Source of the DNA: Azolla caroliniana
Taxonomy: Eukaryota > Plantae > Polypodiophyta
Assembly (NCBI GenBank): GCA_043228905.1
Contig: JBHGNT010000002.1
Location: 3,286,001-3,350,000, forward strand
Length of the DNA: 64,000 nt
Direction: 5' to 3'
Below, piece by piece: positions 52,502 through 64,000 of this stretch; the first letter of the stretch is position 1; each line of letters starts with the position of its first letter. A program made the position numbers and the translations under genes. The notes beneath the pieces were generated by a model, which worked only from the letters and a program-made list of their open reading frames with translations, made no database searches and had not been told where the DNA came from.

Positions 52502-52522
52502 GAGTATGTAGTAGGAAGGAAC

Positions 52523-52964
52523 CATGAGAGTGTCGCCGATGTTGATGACGAAGGCATCGGAACGAGGGGAAACCGTGTACCAATGAGCGTTGTGGAAGAC
52601 TTGGAGGCCAGCCACGTGGTCCTGATGCAATATGGTCAATCCGGTTGGATCCGTGTGTGGCCCTGTACCATACGTCAGCCATGGCTGCTGGCATCTTGGA
52701 TAGTTGTTCAATCGCAATATGGAGCTATGCTCAGGATCGAAAAACCGTCGAAGCCCACCACCCCCATTCATCATGCTCATGCTCATGCTCATGCTGTTGC
52801 TATTGCTATTGCTATTGCTAGTATTTAATGTATTAGAAGTAGTTGAAGTACAAGCCCCTGCAACAACCCCCAACCCCAACCCCAACCCCAACCCCACACT
52901 GAGCACATCCAACACCTCCAACCCCAACCCAATCATTGACCGGCTATACACCTCAAACACATCG
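52523..52964 (-). CDS. GA20ox: GA20ox-like gene, exon 2
   Basis: SILRLNNYPRCQQP.LTYGTGPHTDPTGLTILHQDHVAGLQV..AFVINIGDTLM then GT donor; intron positions match the conserved GA20ox structure; acceptor is one of four tandem CAGs. Confidence 0.9.
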
Positions 52965-54129
52965 CTGCTGCTGCTGCATCATCATCTCAACCAATAAATA
53001 ACACGGCCTTAATCAAATTTACATGATTTTACTAAAATTTAATCAAGTTAGCTAGCTAGCATTATTAACTTTTTGCATTGTAAGACATTCATGACAAATA
53101 TTATATTACCTACTTAATGAATCAATTAATTAAGGTAGGTAGGTAGTTAGGTGTCTGTCTAGACATAAGCTACGAGAGAGTACTACATACATACATACAT
53201 ATGTTACATGATCTTCAATAATGGAAATGCCCCCCCGCTTGCTTGCATTTATCTGTGAATTTCCTGCTACTTTACATATACAACTATGTATTATGTTCAA
53301 GATATGTTGTTGTTGTTGGTACAGGCATAATTTTGTGAGATATCTAGCTAGGCCTTAAATGTCACGCTCCCATTCATTTTGAACAGCTAATTCCTTCCTT
53401 GACGAAGAATTAGTAGAGAAATCTACAGCACAACCAGGTGCCCATTGACAATCATCTTATACTTATGATTGGACATTGATTGGCAGGAGTGTTACTTAAA
53501 ATAAATGTGGGTAAGGAACATTAGATAAGACTGTGATCCCTCAGCAGTTCTCATGACTAGTAAACTGCTGGGCGGCCGGGAATAATCGCTTTCAGAATGC
53601 TAAGGAGGCTGTAACTCATTTGCAGATTGATAACCTGGATTGTTTCGTAAGGAACCAGCTGATCACCCCCTTTATGATCAACCACCACGTGACGTGCTAA
53701 TCATATTTACTGCTAGCAATTCGATCATAAGCAATTAATAGGAATATTCCTCCTCATCTGAAGCATTGGATTGCCCAGGGAAAGGTTTGAATATCGCTGG
53801 GCGGCTCGTTTGATTTATTAAGGATGATTTAGTAGTATATTCACAACTTAAATAGCATTAATGGAGAACTTTAGTGTATATATCCAAGTGAGGAAGACGT
53901 TAAATATACCTGCTCAGATGTTCACTAGGGTAGAAGTGATGCAGCTCTCCCTCCTCCTCCTCCTCCTCCTCCTCCTCTTTCTCACAGGAATGATAATAAC
54001 TGATGGGGTGTGATAGAGTTGCAGATGCAATTGCCAATGTTAGTAAGGGGCTTTGTAATAAAGCAAAGGAGGACCGATATCAAAAAAACTAAGAGAGTGG
54101 TTGTTTCGTTGCAACATTTTCAGCAACAT

Positions 54130-54921
54130 TGTCGTGCCTTTCAGCATTGGATCGTTTGCGTGAGTCGGGTGGGAACTGCTGGGGTTTTGGACTAGGAGGA
54201 AGAAGAATTTGAGACGAATCTAGTTATGAATAGATTTTAAGAAAGAGATATAAAAACCTCGTGAATCCCACGAGTATAATGCATTTTATTAGAGTAATCA
54301 ATATTAAAATAAGAACATGAATTTGGATTAAAAGAGAGAGATAAAAAACCTTATGAATCCCACGAGTATAGTTTATTTCATGAATCCCACAAATATAATT
54401 TATTAATTTGGTGTTTTTTTTAGAAATATATCCAATTTCTAAAGTTTTCACACACTTATTACATTGTGCTCCCCATCCTTATATAGTGATGAGAGAGTCT
54501 TAGCAATCCATGCTTTTTCTCTAACTATCAACTCCATGCTTTTTCTATCAATAGATTATATGCGTTCTCTAACATGCTTCTTCTAAAAGTGATCATGCTT
54601 TTTCTAACCTCATGCGTTTTTATCGACTATATTGTTTATGCACGCTAGATGTAACTTTTTTCTATCATGCGTTTTTCTTCTAACTAAAGCTTTTCCTAGA
54701 AAATATACGTGAACTTACCTTTCTATGTGGGATATCTACTTTTTAATACTCATGAGTGTTAGTGTAATGGTAAGCCTTCAAATTATTAACATGGAGGTAC
54801 AAGGTTTGAATCTTGCCCTATGCATGTGATATATATTTTAATATTTTCTTCTATTTCTTCATATTTATTGAATCGGTTACTTTATAAGTTTTTCACGTAG
54901 TGTACGAAATACACTACGACA
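54130..54921 (-). mobile_element. Solo-LTR-like element T2, second copy of T1, in putative GA20ox intron 1
   Basis: Reverse-complement homolog of 18741-19491 end to end; TSD ACAT (54126-54129 / 54922-54925); tRNA cassette at 54752-54825 (+). Confidence 0.92.
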
Positions 54922-54949
54922 ACATATGTCGTGGGCGACGTGGGTGATG

Positions 54950-56838
54950 TCTGAATTGAATAATACAATGGATAAGCTCTCTAAACTACAAGATGCTTTG
55001 GCTCAATGCTCTTATAATTCATTTGCTACAAAGTGGGCACAAGTGGGGGATAAAGTCTCTACTGTTTTTTTTTAAATCGTAACTGAAAAAAAATCTTGTA
55101 ATGGGATGATGGATCCATCACGGAGGATGTTGGGGAAATGAAGGATATTGCTACACAGTTTTATAGCAATCTATTGTCCACCCAATGATTTACACCTAAT
55201 CAATTGGAGAGTCACCAATGTGTGTGGCAGACCATGCATGCATGGGTTTCATTACATATGGCAACTGTTTTAGTTAAGCCAATTTCAATTTTTGAAGTAA
55301 GAGATGCTCTACATGCAATTGGCTCCCATGTATGCTCTGGTATTGATGGGCTTTCAGCAGATTTTTTCTAGAATTATTGGGAATTTATTGGGAACGATAT
55401 TATTGTTGCATTCCAAGAGGTGTTTGACACTGGAATTATGCCAAGTAAATGGACAAAAGGTATGATATATCTTATTCCTAAGTTGGAAGGGGTAGTGGCT
55501 TATAGTAGGAAGTGGTGACCTATTACTATATTGAATACCATTTACAAAATATATGCTAAGTTGTTGGCTATGAGATTGCAACCTTTTTTAACATACATCA
55601 TTCATAACACCCAAACACGGTTCTTATAAGATAGGAGTATATTGGATAACATTTTCTTATTTTGGGAAGTGGTTACAATTTCACAAGAAAGGAAAGAGGG
55701 TTTAACTATCTTCTTGTTGGATTTTGAAAAGGCTTATTGTTACCCATAAGAATATACGGGGAGGCATAAGGGTATGTGTAATGATGTGGTTGATGTGTAT
55801 GTGTAAAGTAAATGAGTGTGTGAGGATGAGTATGTGTATGGACACATGCACAATTATGTGCATGTTTACAAGAATGTGTAACGGTCTTATTTATAACGGT
55901 CATGTAACCGTTACATTAGATGTATTATATAAACCCCCTATGGGGTATGTAATGAAATATACATTTTTCCCCTCTCATTTTGTGTCGCTTTCCATTTGTC
56001 TTTCTCTCTAGTTCTCTCACTATCGTAACCCCCTTGGGAGGGGGATGAAGCCATTCTAAGTTTCACCCCCCACCCAACAACACTTATGATAGGGTAGATT
56101 GGTCTTTTTTGAGGGGCACTATGGAGAAGCTAGGTTTTCCTAATTAATGGCTAACGGTTGTTTCCGCTCTTTACAACTCAGCTACTAGTAGGGTATTAGT
56201 AGTTGGAGAGCTAGGCCAAGAATTTTCAATTTCGAGGTCAGTGAGACAAGGATATATGTTAGCTCCTTTTTTATATTTGATGATTGGAGAAGCTTTTAGC
56301 AATTTTCTTATAAGTAATGTCGAGAATATAAAAGGATTGCAATGGCCTTGGTTAGAGGAGCAAATTGTGGATTGTCAATTTGTTAATGATATAGCCCTGT
56401 ATTTGCAAGGTTCTCACAATAATCTGTGTAGAGTAAAACGGGCTATTGATAGTTTTTGCTATGCTTTTGGAACTATTATTAATTGGAATAAGTCGGTGGG
56501 ATTTTGGGCAAGTACCACAATAAACCCCTTGTGGTGTCCACAGGAAGGGTTTCAATGGATTCCACATGGTAAACCTGTAAGATACTTGGGATGTCAACTA
56601 GGAATTAACATTTCACCGGAACATCATATAGCTCCTTTGTTGCTTGCTATAAGGAAGAAATTGTTATATTGGAATGCTACTAAATTGTCATTGGCAAGTC
56701 GGGTTGTTGTTGCCAATCAAGTATTGTTGGCTTCCATGTGGTACATTTTGTCGCCTTGGTTGTGTACACATTCGGCTTTATCACAAGTACAAACGCGCAT
56801 TAGAAATTTCCTTTGGGGATCTAAAGATGGTTCATATA
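54950..56838 (+). mobile_element. LINE ORF2 RT region, decayed
   Basis: CSGIDG, PITILNTIYK, DFEKAY/DRVDW, VRQG..LAPFLY, FVND, RYLG, RVVVANQVL. Confidence 0.93.
55738..56082. mobile_element. Solo LTR (345 bp) in the LINE RT
   Basis: TGTT...AACA; TSD CTTAT (55733-55737 / 56083-56087); splits DFEKAY from DRVDW. Confidence 0.92.
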
Positions 56839-57074
56839 TGTGAGGAATAGTGCTCGGCCACAACCGAGTCTCAATCACTCAATGGAAAAAAGCAGAAAAA
56901 TAGAAAGTAAGACAACACAAGATGTTGACGTAGAAAACCCTAAATGGGAAAAACCACAAGAGCCCACTAACTCCAACTATCACATGAGAGGAAGGGTACA
57001 AGGAGAGACTCAAAGGCAACGACCTCGAGCTCTATATCTTCACCAACCGGTAGTTACAACAAAAAATACTTTCT

Positions 57075-57109
<35 letters not shown>

Positions 57110-60100
57110 TATATATATATATATATATATACAATAATAATGATAACAACCAACGCGTATAGCATATGATTGCCCTAAGTCATATTTATACTTATATGAA
57201 TTTAGGACTATTTACAAATATAGCCATGACAAGCACATTAGAAACATATTTACAGATATGTCCTGGATTCGGTTCACACCGGATACATCCGGATACCTTC
57301 CGGATTCGTCTAGTCCGGTTCCTTCCTTTGGCTCATCTGATCGGTCGCATCCAGATCCCATCTAGAGGAACCGAATTCCCAACAAGCTCCCCCTTCACTC
57401 CTGAATGGGATTTCTTGTCAATCTGATCCATATCCGGCACACGTCCAACTTGTCAACTGACAACACCTTGGTCAGCATGTCCGATCCATTCTCCTCCGTA
57501 TCAATCTTCGTCAGCAAGAACTCTTTATCTTCTACCTTCTCCCGGAGCCAATGGTATCTACATTGGATGTGTTTCATCCTGGAGTGGTAGGCCTCGTTCT
57601 TCAAGAGGTAGATGACACTTTGACTGTCGTAGTAGAGCCGAAATTCCTCCTACCAGACCCCTAGGTCTCCAATGGAGTCCTTCATCCATATTACCTCTTT
57701 ACCGGCTTCTACAGCCGCCATGTACTTCGCTTCCATTGTCGATAGTGCAACGGACTTCTACAGCCTCGACTACCATGATACGGCTCCCCTACATATGTCC
57801 TAACATATCCGGATGTAGACCTATTGGCATCTGCATCAGCCGACATGTCCGAATCGGTGAAGCCTTCCCATAGGGGTTTACCGTAGCCGAATCGGAGGCA
57901 CATACTCGAGGTGCCTTTCAAGTACCAGAGTATCCACTTGACCGCGGTCTAGTGTTCTCTTCTAGGATTGCTCGTGAACCAGCTGACCAGTCCTACTACA
58001 TATCAGATATCCGACCAGGTACACACCATTGCGTACATCAAGCTTCCGACGGTAGAGGCATATGGTATCTTCATCATCTCGGTCTTCTCTACCTTTGTCT
58101 TCAGACTTTGCTTTCCGGATAACTTGCAATTTGCTGAAAGTGTTGACCCAGCCAGCTTGGCATCCGACATTCTAAATCGTTGAAATACCTTTGTCACATA
58201 CTTCGCTCCTATGACAACCACATCAACTTCTTTGTTCGGTCCCGGACTATGTGTGTCCCCAATATATGTCTCGTCGGACCCAAATCTTTCATTGAGAAGG
58301 TCTGGTTCAAGACCTTCTTCAGATTTCCGATTTTGATCTGGTCCAGTCCAACTATCATCATGTCATCCACATACAGCATTAGTATCAGGACGTCTACTCC
58401 GTCGAACTTCTTCACAAATACGCAGTGATTGGCTTGCGTTTTGTGGTATCCTTGGTCGGTCATGAAGGAGTCGAACTTCCAGTACCATTGTTGGGGATCT
58501 TGCTTTAGTTCGTATAAGCTCTTCTTCAATCGGCACACCGGGTGCTCCTTCCCTTTCTCAACAAACCCTTCCAGTTGTTGCCTGTAGATCTCTTCTTCAA
58601 GGTCGCCATGTAGGATCGTCGTCTTGACATCTAGTTGCTCTACCTCGAGGTCCATGCTTGCCGCTATGCTCAACACCATCCTGATGGATGTCATCTTCAC
58701 CACCGGGGCAAAGATCTCATCGAAATCCACTCCTTTCTTTTGTTGGAAGCCCGTCGGTCGGTTCGGTTTCTTGTCCGACTCCGGTCAGTTCTTCGAGTGT
58801 CATCCAACGTCCAGCCAAATGGATCCTTGTGTCTTTCAACCGATTTTTGTCGGATGACCCAGAGACCACTATCTTCTTCTCCGACTCCCAATCAGAAATG
58901 TTCTTGTCTTCCATGAAGAATATGTCTTGACTTCAGAAGACCTTCCTGTTGACCAAGTCCTACACTCGATAGCTGAACTCATCACTGCCATATCCAAAGA
59001 ATATGCATGGTCGGGACTCGGATCTAACTTTGCTCTCTAGTCCTTTGCAACATGCACGTAAGAGAGACAACTGAACACCTTCAAATGTCGATAAGACACG
59101 TCTTTACCGGTCCATACTCTCTGCGGTGTGTCCCTGTCCAAGGGTGTTGAGGGTGATCTTTTTATCACGTACATCGCTGTCATCAGCGCCTCAACCCAAA
59201 ACGTCTTGGGTAACTTGGCATTTGCCATCATACTCCAGACTCTCTCCATTACGGTCTAGTTCATCCTTTCGGCCAGTCTGTTCAACTACGGTGTCTTCGG
59301 CACGGTGAATTCGAGCCGAATTCCCTTCGACCGGCAGTACTCCTCGAACTGCCCCTGATATTCTCCTCCGTTGTCCGCTCGAACTGCCTTCAGCTTACGA
59401 TCGGTTTCCCTTTCCACTCTCGCGTGGAATTCCTTGAACACAGATAGTTCCTAGTCCTTCGTCTTCAGCGGTGAGATCCACAACTTCCGACTGTGGTCGT
59501 CTATGAACGTCACGAAGTATTGCGATCCAGCATGTGACTTCGTGTCCACTTGGCATTCATCAGTATGCACAAGTTCCAGCGGTGCATTCCGTCTTGTGAG
59601 TGTTCTTGTCCAGAAAGAGGTTTGGTTTTGCTTGATGGCCAAACAATTGGTGCACTTCTCAAGCTGCACGTCTTTTACCTCCAAAATGAGGTTATCTTCA
59701 GCAAGTCTCCGCATTCCCTTCTGGCTCATATGGCACAACATCTTGTGCCACAGCTCACCGGCATTGTCGGATGCCACGTTCACTTCTTCCCGGCATATCT
59801 GGGCATGCATCAGGTACAATGTGTTGATCTTCCGGGCTAGAGCCACGATCAGGCTTCCTTTGCAGAACTTCATGACTCCGTTCCCAATGCTACCCATGTA
59901 GTCTTCATCGTCTAGCTGACCGAGTGATATCAGGTTCAACCGAACCTCCAGAACGTGTCGTACATCTTTCAGCAGCAACTTGCACCCAGTCGACATCGTC
60001 AACCACACATCTCCTATGCCAACAATTCGACATGCACCTTCATTTCCCATCTGGATTGAACCGTGATCTCTAGGTCTGTACGATGAGAAGCATTTCCGGT

Positions 60101-60575
60101 CGGGGGTCAGATGAAACAACGCTCTAGAGTCAACCACCCATGTCATCTCGTCATTGACAAGATGCAATTCACTCTCCTTGGTGATTAGCAATAGTTCTTC
60201 TTCATTTGTCACGATCGCCGACATTCCTCTCCTTTCCGAAATCTTCTTCGATTCTGGAATGTCAGCTCGCACTTTGGTTTTCCGGAAGTGTCGGCAATTC
60301 TTCCGGAAGTGGCCTGGCTTTCCACAATAGAAGCAAGTGGGCCTCCCCTTGACTTCGACCTCGTTCCTGATTTGTCCCGGTTTTGGGGGCTCCGATTCCG
60401 ACCTCTTCCCCGGTTGTGTTCATCTTCCGTGACCAAAGCCTTCGAATCGGTTCTGGATTCTCGGTCCTTCCGGCGAGCTTCTTCATCCAGTAGGCTTGAT
60501 TTTACCCTTGCTAGAGACCATTGTTTTCCTTCCAGCCCTGCGTTGTCCAAAGTGACAGCGTCTCCCAACTATCCG
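56839..60575 (-). mobile_element. Ty1/copia element B2, 5'-truncated in gag, 3' LTR at 56839-57383
   Basis: WVVDS, GAG-pre-integrase, FVTFIDDHSRK, LYVDDM, RSTSGY; PPT complement CTCCCCCTT ~57387; internal deletion near 58752. Confidence 0.95.
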
Positions 60576-61517
60576 GGAGGGAACCACACCCAAATGATAT
60601 AAACAATTTATCTTAATTGTGGGTTTACGAGAATAAGCCCATTGACACACTTTTGTGGGATCCCAATGAATGGAAATGGCAAAGAATATCAGCACTAGGA
60701 ATACTAGGCAAGCAAATCCCATTTTTTCAGTACTCGGTAAAAATGGGTAGAGAATTGCTAAGGAGGCATGTGGCTATTACGCCAGCAACATGTAAATTTT
60801 GGAGCTTGGGTAATGTACGACACTCTTGGTTGAGTGCTTATTGGAAATGGCTATGGGCCATGCAAATTCCTAGAAAAGTTGTCTTGTTTAGATGGTTGTT
60901 AGTACATTATGGCACCCCTGTGAAGTCATGGATGAAGGGGCATTGCCATGATTTAAAATGTGATAATTGTGGTTTTCCAAGTGAAATAGTGCACCATGTT
61001 TTATGGGTATGTTCTATAGCTAGAGCAGTATGGAAAAAAATGTTGAGAATTTTGTATCCTATTTATGGTAAACAAGTGTACACATGGGGTTTTGTGAGAT
61101 GGGGAAGGGTAGTTAAAGAAATACATAATTATGAAAGGGACTGTGTTGATTTTCTTCTCCTCTTCGATGGAAGACATGTATTGGAGGCCTCTTATTCTAC
61201 ACCAATCCATTGTTTCGAAGAAGACAAGGTTTGGTCTACGATATCTTCTTTAGTAGTTTGGATATTATGGAAGGCAAGATTGTAAGTTTGTATTTCAGAA
61301 TGTCAAACCGAATGCAGTTGAGTTAGTCAAGGAGATATGGTTGATGCTCCTGCATACTCTAAGAAGTCAATATGAGTCAATACATGGTGAGCCTAATGTT
61401 GTGTTTCGCAAGCAAAAACAATTTCGAGAAATTTGGAAAAAGGCAAAGGTCTTCCCTTGTTTTGGGGACAGAATAAAATGGAGATATGCCCAGGATGGCT
61501 TTTTCTGCCCGCTATCT
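60576..61517 (+). mobile_element. LINE ORF2 C-terminal part (zf-RVT), possibly the continuation of 54950-56838
   Basis: WDPNEWKW, IPRKVVLFRW..CDNC..E..HHVLWVC..W, WILWKAR. Confidence 0.88.
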
Positions 61518-62267
61518 TGAAAGGACCATGCATGAGGGTTTCTGCTACTAGACATGTTGATTCATGTGGGTAGGAGGGTTGTGATTTATTGTATGGATTC
61601 TGTTGAGATATCAAGCTCAACTTAGTTTAGGTAGGTAGTCAACACACGTAACTTAGTAGTTACCTAGATAGAACTAGTTAGTGTGTTGACCTTAACACCT
61701 TATTACTTAAATAGTATTTTGTACTTGAGTGGGATACATTGTAGATCCTCCACTCTCGTGCTCATTTAATATAGGACTTACACCTTTGTACCTATATTCT
61801 ACTCACACATGTGCACCTTTGCACATGAGATGCATATATATACCTCATTGTGGGTATTTTTGTATTTGATAATGCTTTTTAATATAGTTAATCATCCCCC
61901 ATCTTGTCTCGTTGTTCATAAGTGTTATTTCTATCTTCCTCTCACACTCTCACATACATACACACACATCACATAATCTTCCGCTGCTTAATCACATAAT
62001 TAGGTTCTAATTAACTCGTACTTAATTACTTAATTCTTAATATGGTATCAGAGAGTGTGGTTTAGAAAATCCTCTAAGCCCACCTGACTCCGTGATTGTG
62101 TGTGTGTTTGAGCCGTTGACGACAAATCCAGTTATCCGCTACCGTAGTGCCTCTACGTAGCACTTGTACATGATCGAAGGAACAAAAGCCAAAGAAAAAA
62201 AAAAAAAGACACTAATCAACATGGACACACAAATGGGTAGCTCGCTCCCTAATGAAAAGCTAGACTG
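61518..62267 (+). mobile_element. Copia F: 5' LTR, PBS and gag start, interrupted by B3
   Basis: PBS TGGTATCAGAG at 62043; TATATATA ~61835; MDTQMGSSLPNEKLD from 62221; LTR start approximate. Confidence 0.75.
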
Positions 62268-62951
62268 TGTTGGTATTACGGTCCCTCCGGATGGGATGTC
62301 CGGAGATGAATGACGGCAAGCCCGGTTGCGGTTACGGAGCCGGATGATGAAGACCCTGGCTACGGAACCGGATGATGAAGAGTACCCGGCATGAAGCCGG
62401 ATGACGAGTACCCGAATGCGGATCCGGATGTTGACGACCCCGGCTACGGAGCCGAATGCTGAAGAACCCCGGTTACGGAGCCGGATGATGAATGTACCCG
62501 GAGAGAGATCCGGATGCGGGGACATATTTGTGAATATGTTTTCCAAGAGCCCTTGAGGCTTTATTTGTAAATAGCCCGAAAGTCATATGTGTATAAATAT
62601 GACTTAGGGCAAACAGTTTAACTGTTGTTGCTCATTTTTCATGAGAAGTGAGAGCAGCCGAGAGAGAGAGAGAGAGAGAGAGACGAAGAGGTCGACGCCT
62701 CTGTGCATTACCGCCGCCTGTGGCGAAGACAGTGAGCTCAAGGTTGTTGCCTTGTAGCTTCACCATTGTACATCCCTGTTGATAGTGATAGTTGGAGTTA
62801 GATGACTCCCGTGGTTTTTCCCATTTAGGGTTTTCCACGTAAAACACTCTGTGTACTCTTCTCTCTATGGTCTTCGTGAACTTTGTATTTTCCTGTTTTC
62901 TGGAGAGTTGATCCTATTCCTCGGTTGTGGCCGAGAGCTGTTTTTTCAACA
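62268..62951 (+). repeat. 5' LTR of copia B3 with internal CCGGATGA repeats
   Basis: TGTTG...CAACA; PBS TGGTATCAGAGC at 62955; homologous to the B1/B2 LTRs. Confidence 0.93.
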
Positions 62952-62982
62952 AAGTGGTATCAGAGCGACGGTAACACAGAAA

Positions 62983-64000
62983 ATGGAAGGCGGCGGTAGT
63001 GGGCCTCCGGGCATGATGGTGCTGAACGCGCAGAACTACGCCGACTGGAAGATAAAGATGGAGGATCTGCTCATTGTTCGGGACCTGTATGAACCGATCG
63101 ACAGGTCGGAAATACCCAAGGGGGTACTTGAGACGGAGTGGAGGCTTCTGAACCGGAAAGCCGTTGCAACCATTCGGCAATACGTCGACGTGAGCGTTCT
63201 ACAACACGTGGCGAACGACACCAACGCACATGAGATGTGGAGGAAGCTGTCGGGCCTCTACGAGAGGAAGAATGCGTTGAACCGGACCTCCCTGATGAGA
63301 AAGATAGTGAACCTCAAGTACCGGGACGGCGAGAGTATGGTGGAACACGTGAGCACGTTCATGGGATTCGTGAACCAGCTTGCGGTGATCAAGTTCCCGT
63401 TGGAGGATGCAATGCAAGCCATCATCCTGATGTGTACTCTGCCGGACAGCTGGGAGAACTTGGTGGTGACTCTCAGCACCTCCTGCGCCGAAGATAACTT
63501 GTCCCTACATACGGTAAAGACAAGTATTTTGAACGAAGAAGCGCGCCGGAGAGATAAAGAACCGGTCTCTGACTCGAAGGCGCTGCTTACCGAATCGGAA
63601 CGGGGAAGACAATGGAACCGGAGTCCGCAAAGACGGGAGAAGTCTGGGACCCGGTCGCAGTCAAGAGGAAGGCCAACATGTTTCCACTGTGGGAAGCCGG
63701 GGCACTTCCGGAAGAATTGTCGGCATTACCGAAAGGAAAACGGAGCCGACGACACCGATTCGAAGAAGTCACCGGAGAGAAACGGTGCATACCGGGGAGC
63801 CACGGACCGGAGAGGTTCGGATCGGCGAGGGCAGGACCGGAAAGGAACGACGGCACTCGCGGCAAGTGAAGAAGAGATAATGCTCATTACCGAAGAGAGG
63901 GAGCTGAACCTTGCCGGTGTAGAGATGACCTGGGTGGTCGATTCCGGAGCGTCGTTCCACTTGACCCCGGAGAAGAAATACTTCTCATCCTACACAGCCG
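62983..64000 (+). CDS. Copia B3 gag-pol N-terminus (gag, zinc knuckle, protease), open to the window edge
   Basis: MEGGGSGPPGMMVLNAQNYADWKIKMEDLL..LPDSWE..CFHCGKPGHFRKNC..WVVDSGASFH in one frame; no stop seen. Confidence 0.92.
   Translation, partial: MEGGGSGPPGMMVLNAQNYADWKIKMEDLLIVRDLYEPIDRSEIPKGVLETEWRLLNRKAVATIRQYVDVSVLQHVANDTNAHEMWRKLSGLYERKNALNRTSLMRKIVNLKYRDGESMVEHVSTFMGFVNQLAVIKFPLEDAMQAIILMCTLPDSWENLVVTLSTSCAEDNLSLHTVKTSILNEEARRRDKEPVSDSKALLTESERGRQWNRSPQRREKSGTRSQSRGRPTCFHCGKPGHFRKNCRHYRKENGADDTDSKKSPERNGAYRGATDRRGSDRRGQDRKGTTALAASEEEIMLITEERELNLAGVEMTWVVDSGASFHLTPEKKYFSSYTA

Noticed and set aside
52704-52997. Plus-strand ORF with an apparent hydrophobic or signal segment
   Set aside because: Antisense reading of the hexamer repeats in GA20ox exon 2
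53909-54090. Open frame ending EEEEGELHHFYPSEHLS at a phase-compatible CAG/GTATAT donor, as GA20ox exon 1
   Set aside because: No LPWKET or DIOX_N similarity, and the frame is driven by a (GAG)n microsatellite; only RNA-seq could show it as a cryptic exon
62139-62546. 135-aa minus-strand ORF with repeats
   Set aside because: Translation of the U3 tandem repeats of the B3 LTR

Overview
Land-plant nuclear DNA from a large, TE-saturated genome. A fern or other non-seed vascular plant is inferred from the PLS-PPR style and an atypical Gypsy RT fragment; this is not proven. Most of the window is nested, decayed retrotransposons: several Ty1/copia copies (one family present three times, the last with an open gag-protease frame), two full-length chromovirus Ty3/gypsy elements with matched LTRs and TSDs, L1/Tx1-like LINEs and solo LTRs. 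A spliced hAT transposase pseudogene carries a PPR fragment inside its terminus. The only host gene is exons 2-3 of a gibberellin 20-oxidase-like 2-ODD (minus strand, 52053-52964), and its exon 1 is not in the window. There is also a tRNA-Gln pseudogene. Most unusual signals: (1) three TGTC...GACA elements with 4-bp TSDs, a 5' hairpin and a tRNA-derived Pol III A/B-box cassette about 100 bp from the end, with similar cassettes in Gypsy leaders; (2) a 3.85-kb insertion in a copia RT holding about 16 copies of a ~53-bp palindrome between two divergent decayed acidic frames. All coordinates were read by eye and no database searches were run.
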